A stretch of DNA of 63,682 bases, filler included, from Folioceros fuciformis (Eukaryota), in assembly GCA_049999805.1 (NCBI GenBank). It is 4 parts of 3 records of this genome, joined end to end, with 100 filler letters (N's around TTAATTAATTAA, not from the genome) between each part and the next. Parts side by side here need not be neighbours in the genome. Positions count along the whole stretch, not along the records: positions 52,474 to 60,718 come from JBNGIO010005934.1; positions 60,819 to 63,682 come from JBNGIO010005961.1; 2 more parts are not named here. One strand, 5' to 3'. Both the position numbers and the translations under genes were made by a program. A model generated the notes under the pieces. It did no database searches. It was given only the letters and a program-made list of their open reading frames with translations, and was not told the origin of the DNA. Positions 52,559-63,682 of this stretch are shown piece after piece (the first letter of the stretch is position 1; every line of letters starts with the position of its first letter).

Positions 52559-54988
52559 TCAGGACACGTCCACAGGCTCTTGACGTTCACTTTCTGCCCG
52601 CTTGGTCTCTGGGGCGGCGGTGCCATGATCAACACCAGTATCCTCAATTGATATTGTAATGTGGTGTCCACTTTCCAGGGACCAAGCCGCATCCACTGCT
52701 GGAAGCGCAAACGGCTCGGCCTTCAAAGCAAGAGGGAAGTTGGGAACTGTTGGCAAACTATCTGGAGCCCTGCACTAACAATACGCACCTCTCAGTACAA
52801 AAAGAAGTTCGGCTCTGCGTCAAGGTTTGCTGGTACAAGTATGAGGCTCACTTTTCATATCGGTACACATCTCTGTTGACCCGCATTTTGCTTAATGCGT
52901 CTTTCGGTATCTTCTCCGTAAGATATTTCATCGGACCCCAAGGCAGCACGATTCTGGAAATGGAGAGGATAATGGAACCACACTGAAACCCGTTAGAGGG
53001 CATCGACTCGGCTACTACACGACTGACGATGCCAGCAACACTGCGCACCTTGTTTGTGGGTCGGTCGCGCTGAAATCCATGCAAGCTTTCTGACTCTCCT
53101 TCAAGAACATCTGAGCTGCCTGCAAGCACACTGTAGCTTTCGCATGCGTGTTTTCCTCTTGCCCTTCATCCAGGATCAGTCCATGATAATAATACGCAGC
53201 AGCCTGCCATCACTGCTTATCAGCAATCAATGGAAGTAGGTTTCAGTATAAACAGTTTGTCAAACCAACTACGCGTGTACGTGCAGCGGCCCGACCTTTG
53301 CCTCTGCCAGCTTCCACCTCACGAACAGGCCGTGCTTTTCTCCCCAGCGATGTTCTGTCGACTCTTTGCCAATGCTCTTCTCAGCCTGAACATAATTGCA
53401 GCACTTTGAGATTCGAAAGCTTGTCAACGTGGGACGAGGGTGCTTCACCAGCTCCAGACGTTTCTCGCACACAATATTCATCTCTCACCTGCTCCCAATA
53501 TTTAACTTGCTCACAAGCAAGTCTCCTCTTAACGGCTAAAGACGCCTTGACGTTATCTATAGCCAGACCGAGCTGAATCTCCACACCCTGAGATAAGCAA
53601 CAGGTACAAAGCTCAAAATCTACATGCGGAAAGCTACGGTTGAACATGCGGACATGAGCAAAATCATAATCACGCCCCGTTTAGATAGTCAAAATCTGGA
53701 TGGTGGGAAGTACGGACCTGTCCTAAAGCCTGCTGTTGGAGGGCTTGCAAAATGCCTTCTTTTAAATCTGTTGGTAGCTTACGCCTGCTTGGTGCGTGGC
53801 AGACATACCGATGAGCTCACAGCAAGGCATCCCAAAGCCAAACTCATGACAAGTTGATTACGCCTTCTCACCTGAGATCATCAGAAAGACGCCCTATAAT
53901 AGTTATAGCACATTCCAAGACCTGTGCTGCCTTCAGGAGCAACTCAATGGCTACCTTCTTGTCACCTGCAGGGAGCCAAATCTGATCTTCAAAACTTAGG
54001 AATAGAAGCGTATTCCCAACAATATAACTACCTTCGGCATTCCAGGAACTAGCGAAAGATGCTTTGCAGACAACATCAAAGCGTTGAGTACGTGCCTTCA
54101 GCAACCTTTGGCTGGTAGCCTTCTGCAGGAGGCTTGGGAGTAAGATCAGCATTTGCTTGAGAAAGGGTGACCATGGCCAACATGTGCAACACCGATATCA
54201 ACTCATAAAGAGCACTTGGAAGAACGGTCTCCTGTCACATTTAAGCAGACCCGTGATCAGGATTCCAAGGAAGACGTTGTCAAAAAGTAGTCTGCTGAAT
54301 ACCAACCATGGTTCAGAAAGCACCTTCTGTAGGCACTCCTGATTTGTCCATCCAAACTCCACTGCGTTAATGAGTTGCCCACCTTCACGTTACGGACGAT
54401 TGTCAGCACGGTCAACTAATCGCCAATGCAAAACTCGTAGTGTGCTACTACATGCTTCTGTACAGATCTCGACGTTTTTTTGAAATAGATCGAAGCTACA
54501 TGTGGTTGCGCTATCATACTATGCCCTCACACTATTACCTTCCCTAGTTAAACCCAAAAGAACAGGCAGGTACTCCTCCAATGCCAATTGCAGGTCGCTG
54601 AAGTTTATGCCACCTGCCGAACAGAGTCAGCAGAGCCGAAAGCTTGACAGATGCAGAGAATAGTACTGCCCTTTGTACGTCATTAAAAAAGACTCTGTAT
54701 GGCGAAACCTTCGTTGCCCAGCTGTATACCTTGTTTAGGGGTCTGCCTCCTGCGCAGCTTCTCATGACGGGTGGCAAATTCATCTGCCGCAAGCCCAGAT
54801 TTTGCTATGCGTGTTCTCAAATTTGATAGTCTGTCCACTAAACTGCTTGAGAGGCGTCCTTGCAATGCCTGGTTAAAATTTACAGTCGACGGTAGTCGTA
54901 ACCCTGGAACGAATATGAACACATCCTGCGGTTGCCATTGTGACCTGCTGTCAACCTCCCGATCTCCTAAAGAGAATCCACAACCCAT
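52559..54988 (-). CDS. Plant endosomal-targeting BRO1-like domain protein (At1g73390/At5g14020 family), multi-exon; 5' UTR probably extends toward ~56400
   Basis: MGC start, FVPGLRLP, LVDRLSNLRTRI, DLQLALEEYLPVLLGL, FGWTNQE, YELISVLHMLAM, LLKAAQVLECA, QALGQ|GVEIQLGLAIDNVKASLAVKRRLACEQVKYW, WGEKHGLFVRWKLAEAK, WGPMKYLTEKIPKD, PNFPLALKAEPFALP. Confidence 0.9.
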
Positions 54989-55411
54989 AATCCCTGTTCA
55001 GCCAAAAGTATCTCGAGTCACAGACTGCAGCAGAAGAACAAAACACTGTAACCAAACCTTTTCAAAACAGTGCAAAGGGTCACCTGCAATTTAACAAAAT
55101 AAAGCTAAGCTCTCACAACATGGCATATTTGGCGGTTCCTCTTAGGTACTCTCAATGGAAAGGGTGTACAGCATCAAGTTACGCGAGTGTTTCACTCACA
55201 AACAAGTCAAGTCCTCCCACCCGGAATTCTGGGAACAAACAAATGGGAGAGACAACCGTTAGAGAGGATTCCAAGGAAACTCAGAAGACCAATGCGCACC
55301 GGCAGGACGNNNNNNNNNNNNNNNNNNNNNNNNNNNNNNNNNNNNNNNNNNNNNNNNNNNNNNNNNNNNNNNNNNNNNNNNNNNNNNNNNNNNNNNNNNN
55401 NNNNNNNNNAC

Positions 55412-55438
55412 ATCAGATCAGATCAGATCAGATCAGAT
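55412..55438. repeat. (CAGAT)n microsatellite at a gap edge
   Basis: atcagatcagatcagatcagatcagat directly after the N-run. Confidence 0.8.
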
Positions 55439-58400
55439 AGGCATCTTCTGAGAAGTTTTCGACGGGCAAATATCAGCGCCGGATGAAAGCTAAACGCATT
55501 GCAAAGTCACAAACAGCTGATCAGTCGCTCCGAACAGAGAAAAACCAAGAACTAAACCCGTGAAAGAGGAGGTCTGATCACTCTCGCATACGCGAACACA
55601 AGGGGACGAAAACTTCAACTTGGGGTCGCACCAGGACGGCAACTCAACAGTCCAGAGCGTACAATCCCTGGCCAAAGCATGCAATCCAGGCCACAGAACT
55701 CGGACAATCTAGAGTTTCTGATTCCGAGCCAAGGAAGTACTGTTCCGGGAGTACTTACCCAGACGTAGACCCGCAAACCAGCATTCACACGAACTATCAG
55801 CTGACAGGAGGTTTGTCTGAACGCAGCACACCAAACGCAATCACTCAATGCAATGATCGAACTTGCACCAAACACTTCACCCGAAAGCGACAGGCGAACA
55901 CAACGAGAGAGTGGCCTACGAAACACAAACAACCGAGCCGAGTGCCATTCCTTCAACTCCGGAGCACCCCACATTGCATCACACAAACAGCCCGCAGATG
56001 AAGACACGCATTTTGCTCGAAGCCTATTCACAATTCCCCAGATACGCGACAAAACCTCTGATCAGCATACGAATTGCGGCAGAGCCTCACCCCGAAACCT
56101 CCAAAACAGATCCAACAATCCCGACCCCGACCCCGACACGCGAACGACTGCGAACCAGCAAGCTCAATTCCGCTCCGCAAAAAACCACAGCCTCCGCAGC
56201 AAAGCAGAGCAGAGCAACAGCACTCACTTTTGCCAAGCTCCGCTTCCTCCACGTCGTCGCCGGGACCGGAGCCTCTCCGCAAGCGCATGCCAGCAGAATT
56301 GCTACAGATACAGCGCGGCTCGTGAAGAAATGACAAGGCGCCAGGCCTGGGTGTCGCGTGTCAGAGACTGTGCTTGCCTTCCTACTACGACCGCGCTCGT
56401 CACTCGGTATACATGGCAAAACTCGGGCGAAACCAAGCCCCAGTCCCCACCGTTCACTTAACCATCTGTGGCGCTAATGAAGGTGCCACGTCGGAGGCGT
56501 GAGTGCACACCCAGGCCTAAGCCCAGGCCTCGGGATAAGCGTCTTGGATTTCGCCGGTGCCCTGATTCGCCAACTCGGAGAGGGGATTGGGAGCCGCCTT
56601 CCCTTCCTAGGGCCGCCCTGGGAGAGTCCCTTGGAGTCCCGCTCCAGCCCACCCTGGTTCGAACCCGTTGTCTCCGTTGGCCTGGCCTGGTCTCGCTTCG
56701 TCACGTGCTTCCTGCTTCGTTTCGCCGTCAGGTCGATATCCTTCGCCTAGACCATGGAGACGTGTCCTAACGATTCACGTGCAGAGAGGAATGTGCTCCG
56801 TCGAGGTCGGCAACGTTGGAGATGTACACACATAGTGTTTGTGCAGGGGGTGGAAACGGAAGGAATGAGGTCCTTTGCTGTCTGTGTCAATTCGGACACC
56901 TCAGCGATGGAGTCCTGGAGAAGGCAGGACACCCGCGTCCACGAGGTTTCCAGGCTTCCAGCCCGTCACCGCCACATGACGTAGGGTTGTGCAGAGCCAG
57001 GAGAGAAATTGTAGCAAGACAGACAGACAGACCTATGCAGTTGAGGTTGCAGGCACAGCATCGGGAACAGTGCGACAAGAAGTTGAGAACCAGAAGGCGG
57101 TGGGCCAAAGTTTCCACCACTAGAGGATGGGGCCACCACTTGTCTTCACGTGAAGAGGGACCCCCGCACATTTCGTGATCGGACTACCTGGAACACCGAG
57201 AGCGAAAGCTATTAGCACTGACCCTGGGCTTACTGACGAGGACTGGACTCGAGGGGCGGCAGCAGTGCAAGTCTCAGGTGAAGCTCTCCACGGCTGACCG
57301 ATACTGCATGTAAATAGAGGCGAAATCTGAACCCGACGGACAGGAGGACAGAAAACACGGCACATAATCCGAAGGGTTGGCACTGTCACTGGCACTGGCA
57401 CTAGGAGGACGAAGTATCAAGCCATACACAGGTGGAGGAGTTCTCGCTCCCACAGCTGCGACGGTGGCTGGTTGAGAGTCCTTCTTGGTCTCAACCACTG
57501 CCCCCTGGCCCCGCCCTCCTCGTCCCCGTATAGGTCATTTTGAAGGTAGAGCAGTCTGGCTGTGGGCTGGAAGAGGTTGGAAGATCGAGGGTTCTCAGAG
57601 ACTGGGACTACATCGTTGTCGGCACTTTGAGCGTGGAATCTGACACAGCAGAGAGAAGAAGCTGAGCTGAGCATGGAAAATGGTACACACATCCGTGGTT
57701 CTGGAATGACACCCACAGATCCGTCAGTGGTTGCAAGCGACGGAGTAGCACCTGTGACTTGTGATTGTGGACGGCGGTCACACTCCTCTCAAGTTGACCA
57801 CCAGTACCTCCGGGCTGAACGTCCCAGAGCTGGACATTGGAAGGATGGAAGCAGCAGCAACAGCCCTTGGCGTATCCCATGAAAGCAGAATGTGTCCCTA
57901 CGCAATGGAAGCAGAAAGTGGCACTACCCCATGGAAGCAGAAAGTGGACTAGACACTTTCACTGTTTCCCAGAGGAAGAGAATTCTGGCCAGACTTCTCC
58001 TTGGCGGTTGCGATGGGACACGGTGTGTGTTGTCAACGTCCACCGACCAAACGAGCCTGCCACCATGGGCCACAAGGGGGCAGGAAATCCAAAGGGCAAC
58101 CTGTATTCAAAGTATCACGGTTCTCTAACTTAAAATAAGCGGCCGGGTAGGATAACGTACCCGGCCACTACAGAAGAAGGATAAAGGAGAATCCGTCATG
58201 GGGGGCATGGAATAGATAGAGTCAGGCTCCGGGCAACTTGTTGCATGGGGGTGACTGAGATCAGGCTACTGTGGTGTACAGTACACTACTTAGCACCACA
58301 TTTGTTGTCCTTATGCCTCCGGAGCCGTCTATAGTAAAATTGTCTGTCTCACTGGTCCGTCCGTTGTCAATCGTCGTCGGGGCCCGTAAAACTGTAACAC

Positions 58401-58875
58401 CACGGAACGTCTAGGATTCATCAGTAGCTCTTTCACAAAGGATTAAATTATGTTTATTATTACTTTATTATTTTAAACTTCTTACCAGACCTTGCTTACC
58501 ATTGATGCCATGGATCCCAATATCCCAATTAGGATCCAATGGAAATTAGCATTAATCTATAAATATAGGGTTTAGGTATGCTAAACCCTATGAATAGAAA
58601 GAACTAATCTTGTAAACTTTACAAGTAAACTAATGATATTGGTAGTAAGCTATAGTTATTGAAAATAAGTAGTTACTTATTTAAGAGTGATGGCTTAAAC
58701 TAGAATGAAGAAGACTATATATAAGCGAAGGGATTCATAGACTTCTCCCACCATGGAGTGTGAGCTCACCTTTCTCTCCATAAACTTGTTCCCACCATTT
58801 CTCTAAAAGCTGCAAGTCAGTAGTGAGAGTTGATTGTCATACTAGATTTTTAAGTTTGTAGATAAGTTATTTAAA

Positions 58876-60303
58876 ATGGGTACTAGGATGAATTACCTCA
58901 TACTAGCTTTGATGTTGTTTCAAGTATTAGGTAATGTCAGCGCACGTAATGGTAATGGTAGGACACACATAAGGATGATAGTCTTCGGAGATTCCATGGT
59001 CGATGTTGGTAACAACAACTATAGAAATACAAGCAATATTGCTAGAGCGGATTACTCACCTTACGGTATTGATTTTAATGGTCACAAAGCTTCTGGAAGA
59101 CATTCTAATGGAAAACTTGTTGTAGATATATTAGCAAGGAAGTTATCTTTAGCTCGTTATCCATCGCCTTACCTTCATTCAAACAACAATGCATATACCA
59201 AAGGCCAAGGAATTAATTTTGGATCAGCAAGTGCTGGGCTTCTTGCTAATACTGGGAAAAGGTATGGGGATGTTATATCTTTACAAGATCAATTTTTGTT
59301 CTTCAAAGAAGATACGTTGGCTTCCTTAAATAAATCAATAGGACCCGAGAGAGCCTTTGATCATGTGAGGAAAACTTTATTTCATATCTCCGTGGGAACA
59401 AATGACATCGCTGAACATGTTATGACAGGCAATGCATTGACTCATGATTTTGCACAAAGCCTACTTGGGAATTACACAAGCTTCATTCGTCATCTATATG
59501 GAGTGGGTGGTCGATTCTTTTCTTTAACAGATGTTCCAGCACTTGGTTGTACACCTTACATGAGGGCAAGATTCAAACCTGAAAATAGCTCAGGTTGTGT
59601 TGACTCCTTGAACAGATGGGTGCAAAACTTCAATGAGCAACTCCAAGATGAATTGAATCAGTTCCAATTGGAGTTTCCAGAGGCTAAAATTCATATTGCA
59701 CCAATGTTCAATGTCACATTTCGTATATCTCATAATGTTACCAAACATGGATTTAAGAAGAATGAAGCTTGTTGTGGAGCGGGACTGTATAATGGTGAAC
59801 ATCGATGCAATGCTTCTTCAAACATATGCCAAAATGCAAGAGATTATGTGTGGTTTGATGCATTCCACCCAAGCCAACATACAATAAGATGGATTTTTAG
59901 CAGAATGTCAAAGTGCGCTTTCGCTAAGCAACCTAATTCATGGCAATTATCAACAATTCAAGAATTAATTAATTCTATACTTGAATTCATAATAAGTATA
60001 GATAATAAAAAAGATGGGCACAGAGATGACTCTCCACTTTCTTCCCCACCTCATGTCCCAAGCCCAAGCCCAAGGGTGACACCTCCTTCCCAACGCCATG
60101 TCCCAAGTCCAAGGGCATCACCTCCTCCTCCCCCACATTTCCCAAGCCCAAGAGTGTCAGCACCAGCATCAACATCTGCACCGTACTATGACGACTCGTA
60201 TGCACCAAATTTTTATGATGATGGCCCTACAACAGCGTATGATGGCTCTGCATATGCACCAAGTTTTTACAATGATGGCCCTGCAATATCGTATGCACCT
60301 TAA
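58876..60303 (+). CDS. Secreted GDSL (SGNH) esterase/lipase, single exon, with a Pro-rich and Tyr/Asp-rich C-terminal extension
   Basis: Signal peptide; FGDSMVDVGNNNY, PYGIDF, GRHSNG, GINFGSASAG, SVGTND, PALGCTP, ACCGAG, VWFDAFHPS. A TATATATAAG box lies ~160 bp upstream. Confidence 0.93.
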   Translation: MGTRMNYLILALMLFQVLGNVSARNGNGRTHIRMIVFGDSMVDVGNNNYRNTSNIARADYSPYGIDFNGHKASGRHSNGKLVVDILARKLSLARYPSPYLHSNNNAYTKGQGINFGSASAGLLANTGKRYGDVISLQDQFLFFKEDTLASLNKSIGPERAFDHVRKTLFHISVGTNDIAEHVMTGNALTHDFAQSLLGNYTSFIRHLYGVGGRFFSLTDVPALGCTPYMRARFKPENSSGCVDSLNRWVQNFNEQLQDELNQFQLEFPEAKIHIAPMFNVTFRISHNVTKHGFKKNEACCGAGLYNGEHRCNASSNICQNARDYVWFDAFHPSQHTIRWIFSRMSKCAFAKQPNSWQLSTIQELINSILEFIISIDNKKDGHRDDSPLSSPPHVPSPSPRVTPPSQRHVPSPRASPPPPPHFPSPRVSAPASTSAPYYDDSYAPNFYDDGPTTAYDGSAYAPSFYNDGPAISYAP

Positions 60304-60818
60304 AGAATCTTAATGAATTGGCTTCATTATGTAAGTTTTGTTTTTCAGTATTTAGTCCAATCAGTGCTAGGTAACAAGGTTTATAAGACAATTTTAAGCA
60401 CAAGTCTAATGGAAAGTAGGTTCATAATCTCCGACCATGATATCTTAGAAGCAATATATAGTTATGGGAGTGGTATTGGAGGGAGCTAGTCGTCCTTTTG
60501 GTTTGCGGCTCTCTTTAGGTCATTCCTCCTCTTGTTTTCAATGGAGTCTCTCATCGCTTCATTCAATAAATATACATGTATTTTTTTTGGGCAAAGTGTC
60601 TCATTTGCGAATGTAGTATTCCTAAATAAAAATAATCCCTTATTTTCCTCTTTTTTTTTTCATTGTTCTTTGTATAATCATAACAACATCCGTCTATCAT
60701 ACCCTAAACCCTAAATGTNNNNNNNNNNNNNNNNNNNNNNNNNNNNNNNNNNNNNNNNNNNNTTAATTAATTAANNNNNNNNNNNNNNNNNNNNNNNNNN
60801 NNNNNNNNNNNNNNNNNN

Positions 60819-63682
60819 TGATGTTGAATACCTCACATCTGCACATGCCATCTGGGATCAATTAGAGAAAACATACAAAATCCAAAACATGATGACTTTA
60901 TGTGCAGTTAGGCAGGAATTCTTCTCCCTGAAGATGAGGGAAGGAGATAAAGTGGCCTCTCATGTCTGCAAGTTCCGGCACCTTCGTGCCCAACTCACAG
61001 CCATGACAGGAGAGAAGATGTTAGAAGTGGACGCTATCGCCCAGCTCCTGACCAGTCTTCCAGCCTCTTACCAGACTTTTGTGACAAGTCAAAATGGACC
61101 CATACGCGCTGCAGCCGCTGCCTCTGGCCAGTCAGTGACCATCACCTTGGAAGAGGTGATTGGGGCACTGTTCCAGGAGGAGCAGAGCCGTACCTTCTCG
61201 TCCACTGCCAAGAACAGAGGGGAGAAAGCGTTAGTAACCAACTTCCGCAACGGAAAGGCAAAGTTTCGAGGTATAGCAACTCAAGGACAGAGGGGAGAAC
61301 CCTCTAATGCTGTCAAGCAATCAGGCAGCTGTAATTGGTGTGGCCTCCCTGGCCACTCGGCAAGAGAATGCCGTAAACGGAAGGCAGGTGAGCCCCAACG
61401 CCAACCAAAGGCAACAGCAAATGTAGCAGTAAAGCAGAATAAATCAGGAGACTCCAAGGCCCCCGTAAAAATACTTACAATATGCTTGTTCAGCACTCGG
61501 AGTGATGATAACTACTGGTATCTTGATTCAGGGGCTACCACCCATATATGCAAGAAAAGGGAACTCTTCAGAACCCTAGACCTGACACAAACAGGTGGTC
61601 AGGTATGTCTTGCAGATGAACAAAGCAAAACAAGTTTGCCTATTCAGGGCAGGGGTACCTGTGTTTTCAAGCTACATGACGGCACGGAGTTAACCCTAGA
61701 TGATGTTATCTATGTCCCTAGCATGGCTAAAAATCTCATGTCCATGAGTCAGATTATGCGTCAACGCATCTTCTACATGCATGCAGATTTTGACCACTGT
61801 TGTTTCTACAAGCAGTCATCCCCACACACATGTGCTTTCGAGGGCCTACCTGAAAGCAATTTGTATAGACTGAACATCATTTGTACTGGGCCGGAATTGC
61901 ATGATGCTACCCACTCAACCTCAGCCTCTAACCTAAGTCAGGCACAACAGGCTTTGCTTTGGCACGCCCGCTTGGGGCACATCAATAGGTCCAAACTGAT
62001 AAATATGTCAGTCCTACAGTGCCATCGCGAGCCTTTACCAAAATGCTTTAAGCAATTACCTGTGTGCGAACCTTGCATACTTGCTAAGCAAAGAGAATTA
62101 CCCTTTCTTGATTCACCTGCGCAGAGGGCCACACGAGTTCTTGAGTTGGTCCATGCTGACATTTCAAGCAAAGTCCATGAACCTTCTCTAGGAGGTGCCC
62201 GCTATTTCTTCACAATTACTGATGACTACAGCCGCTTTACATGGACATTTCCAATGGAGTTTAAAAGTGACACTTATGGATACTTCAAAGACTGGCTTAC
62301 CACTGCTCAGCGGCAGTCCGGGCAGCTCCTGAAGACTCTTAGGACAGATAATGGCACTGAATTCGTCAACTCTAGCTTTGAAGAACTGCTGCAGTTCCAT
62401 GGAATCCTACACCAGATGACCGTGCCCTAAACGCCCCAACAGAACGGCGTGTCAGAAAGAAAAAATCAGACTTTACTATCTATGACGAGAAGTATGCTAC
62501 TGTGGGCAGGTTTACCTCAGGGCTATTGGGCAATGCTATAGTGACAGCAACATATATTCTCAATCGTGTGCTCACTAGTACTGTTCCAAATAAAACCCCG
62601 TTTGAGGTATTCTGGAACAAAAAGCCTGGCCTCCTCCACCTTCGGGTCTTTGGATCCCGTGCATATGCCTATATACCCAAAGAGAAAAGGCATAAGTTGG
62701 ACAGCCGAGCTGAGGCCCTCATCCTGGTCGGCTACAGTGAGCACTCAAAGGCTTATAAGCTTTAAAATCCACAAGCTGATACTATTGTGCTTGCTCGTAG
62801 CGTTACCTTCATTGAACTTCACACCCCTGCCTCTGAGGATGGCTCGTCAGCGGGCCCCACCCCACTCTCTCAAGCGGACCAACCTGCCGTTTTTCCCCTT
62901 GATGATGATGAGAATGAACTCACGGAGCCAACTTCCATGCCTACAAGACATCAAAACTTAGACCCCCCATATCCCGATGCGGACAATATAGATGTAGACA
63001 CAACAGAGGCGGCCAATACAGACGCAGTCCACGATCAACCTGTTTTGGATGTAGAGGGGGATGTGGGGACAACTGATGATGTACCTACCTCAGCTAACCC
63101 TCCGGAGCCTCCAATTCAGGTTGTTCCCTGCCCAGTTGCAGACTCCGCGCCTGGTATTCTCCGCCGCTCCACGCGTCACAAACCTCCTCCATCTGAATGG
63201 AAGGAACCACCTTATGTTTCTACCGATTTCCGGACCCACGCAGTCCCATCTCTTGGACCAGCCTTACCCCTACCTGAGGAACCCACTACGTTAACTTAGG
63301 CTTTCAGCAGTCCTGAACGTGAGCAATGGAAGCGGGTAGTTGAGGACGAATATCAATCTTTAGTGAAGAATAATACCTGGACCCTCACCGATCTCCCTCC
63401 AGGCAGGAGAGCCATATCCTGCAAATGGACCTTTAAATTAAAACTCAATGCTAAAGGGGAAGTGGCCAGGTTCAAAGCACGACTCGTGGCAAGGGGGTTT
63501 ACTCAAGTGGAGGGGTTGGACTACTAGGAAACATTTTCACCTGTCGTCCGCAGCCAATCCATTCGTCTCATTCTTGCTTACGCCACAGAGTTCGACCTTG
63601 ATCTCGAACAAATGGACGTATGCACCACTTTCCTATACGGAGTCCTTGACGAGGAATTGTACATGTTTCAGCCCGAAGGTCA
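60819..63682 (+). mobile_element. Ty1/copia gag-pol (partial, degenerate), related to the 23-28 kb element
   Basis: CNWCGLPGHSARECRKRKAGEP, WYLDSGATTHIC, LWHARLGH, LVHADI, LRTDNGTEF, PQQNGVSER, CKWTFKLK, EQMDV; scattered stops. Confidence 0.93.

Noticed and set aside
52750..53200. Plus-strand KH/ASCC1-like peptide (RYFIGPQGSTILEMER)
   Set aside because: It is the antisense of conserved BRO1 exons (WGPMKYLTEKIPKD), so the match is coincidental.
55615..57400. Many overlapping ORFs on both strands
   Set aside because: GC-rich 5' UTR/promoter region of the BRO1 gene plus unassigned sequence; no motifs or consistent splice structure.
57845..57950. Short repeats atggaagcagaaagtgg
   Set aside because: Only 2-3 degenerate copies with no termini or coding context to assign an element.

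Overview
Eukaryotic nuclear DNA from a land plant, most likely seed-free (bryophyte/lycophyte/fern grade). This is inferred from short GT-AG introns, a clock PRR that keeps its phospho-acceptor Asp, and a CRE-type retroelement. Positions 5.7-22.5 kb form a very compact island of five alternately oriented spliced genes: PRR7-like clock regulator (+), GGTase-I beta (-), a large unidentified multi-exon gene (+), STT3B (-) and an F-box gene (+). Positions 23-52.4 kb are a nested transposon pile: several Ty1/copia elements and LTRs, a solo LTR with TSD, an L1 LINE, a CACTA transposon next to two decayed host-gene fragments (CFIm25 exons 1-4 and a DUF7138-like ORF), and the 3' end of an RLE-type (CRE-like) non-LTR element. 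The right end holds a BRO1-domain gene (-), an intronless GDSL lipase with a Pro/Tyr-rich tail (+) and another copia. Three 100-bp gaps contain an artificial TTAATTAATTAA spacer, so adjacency across them is unproven. Exon boundaries were read by eye and family calls come from recalled motifs, not database searches.
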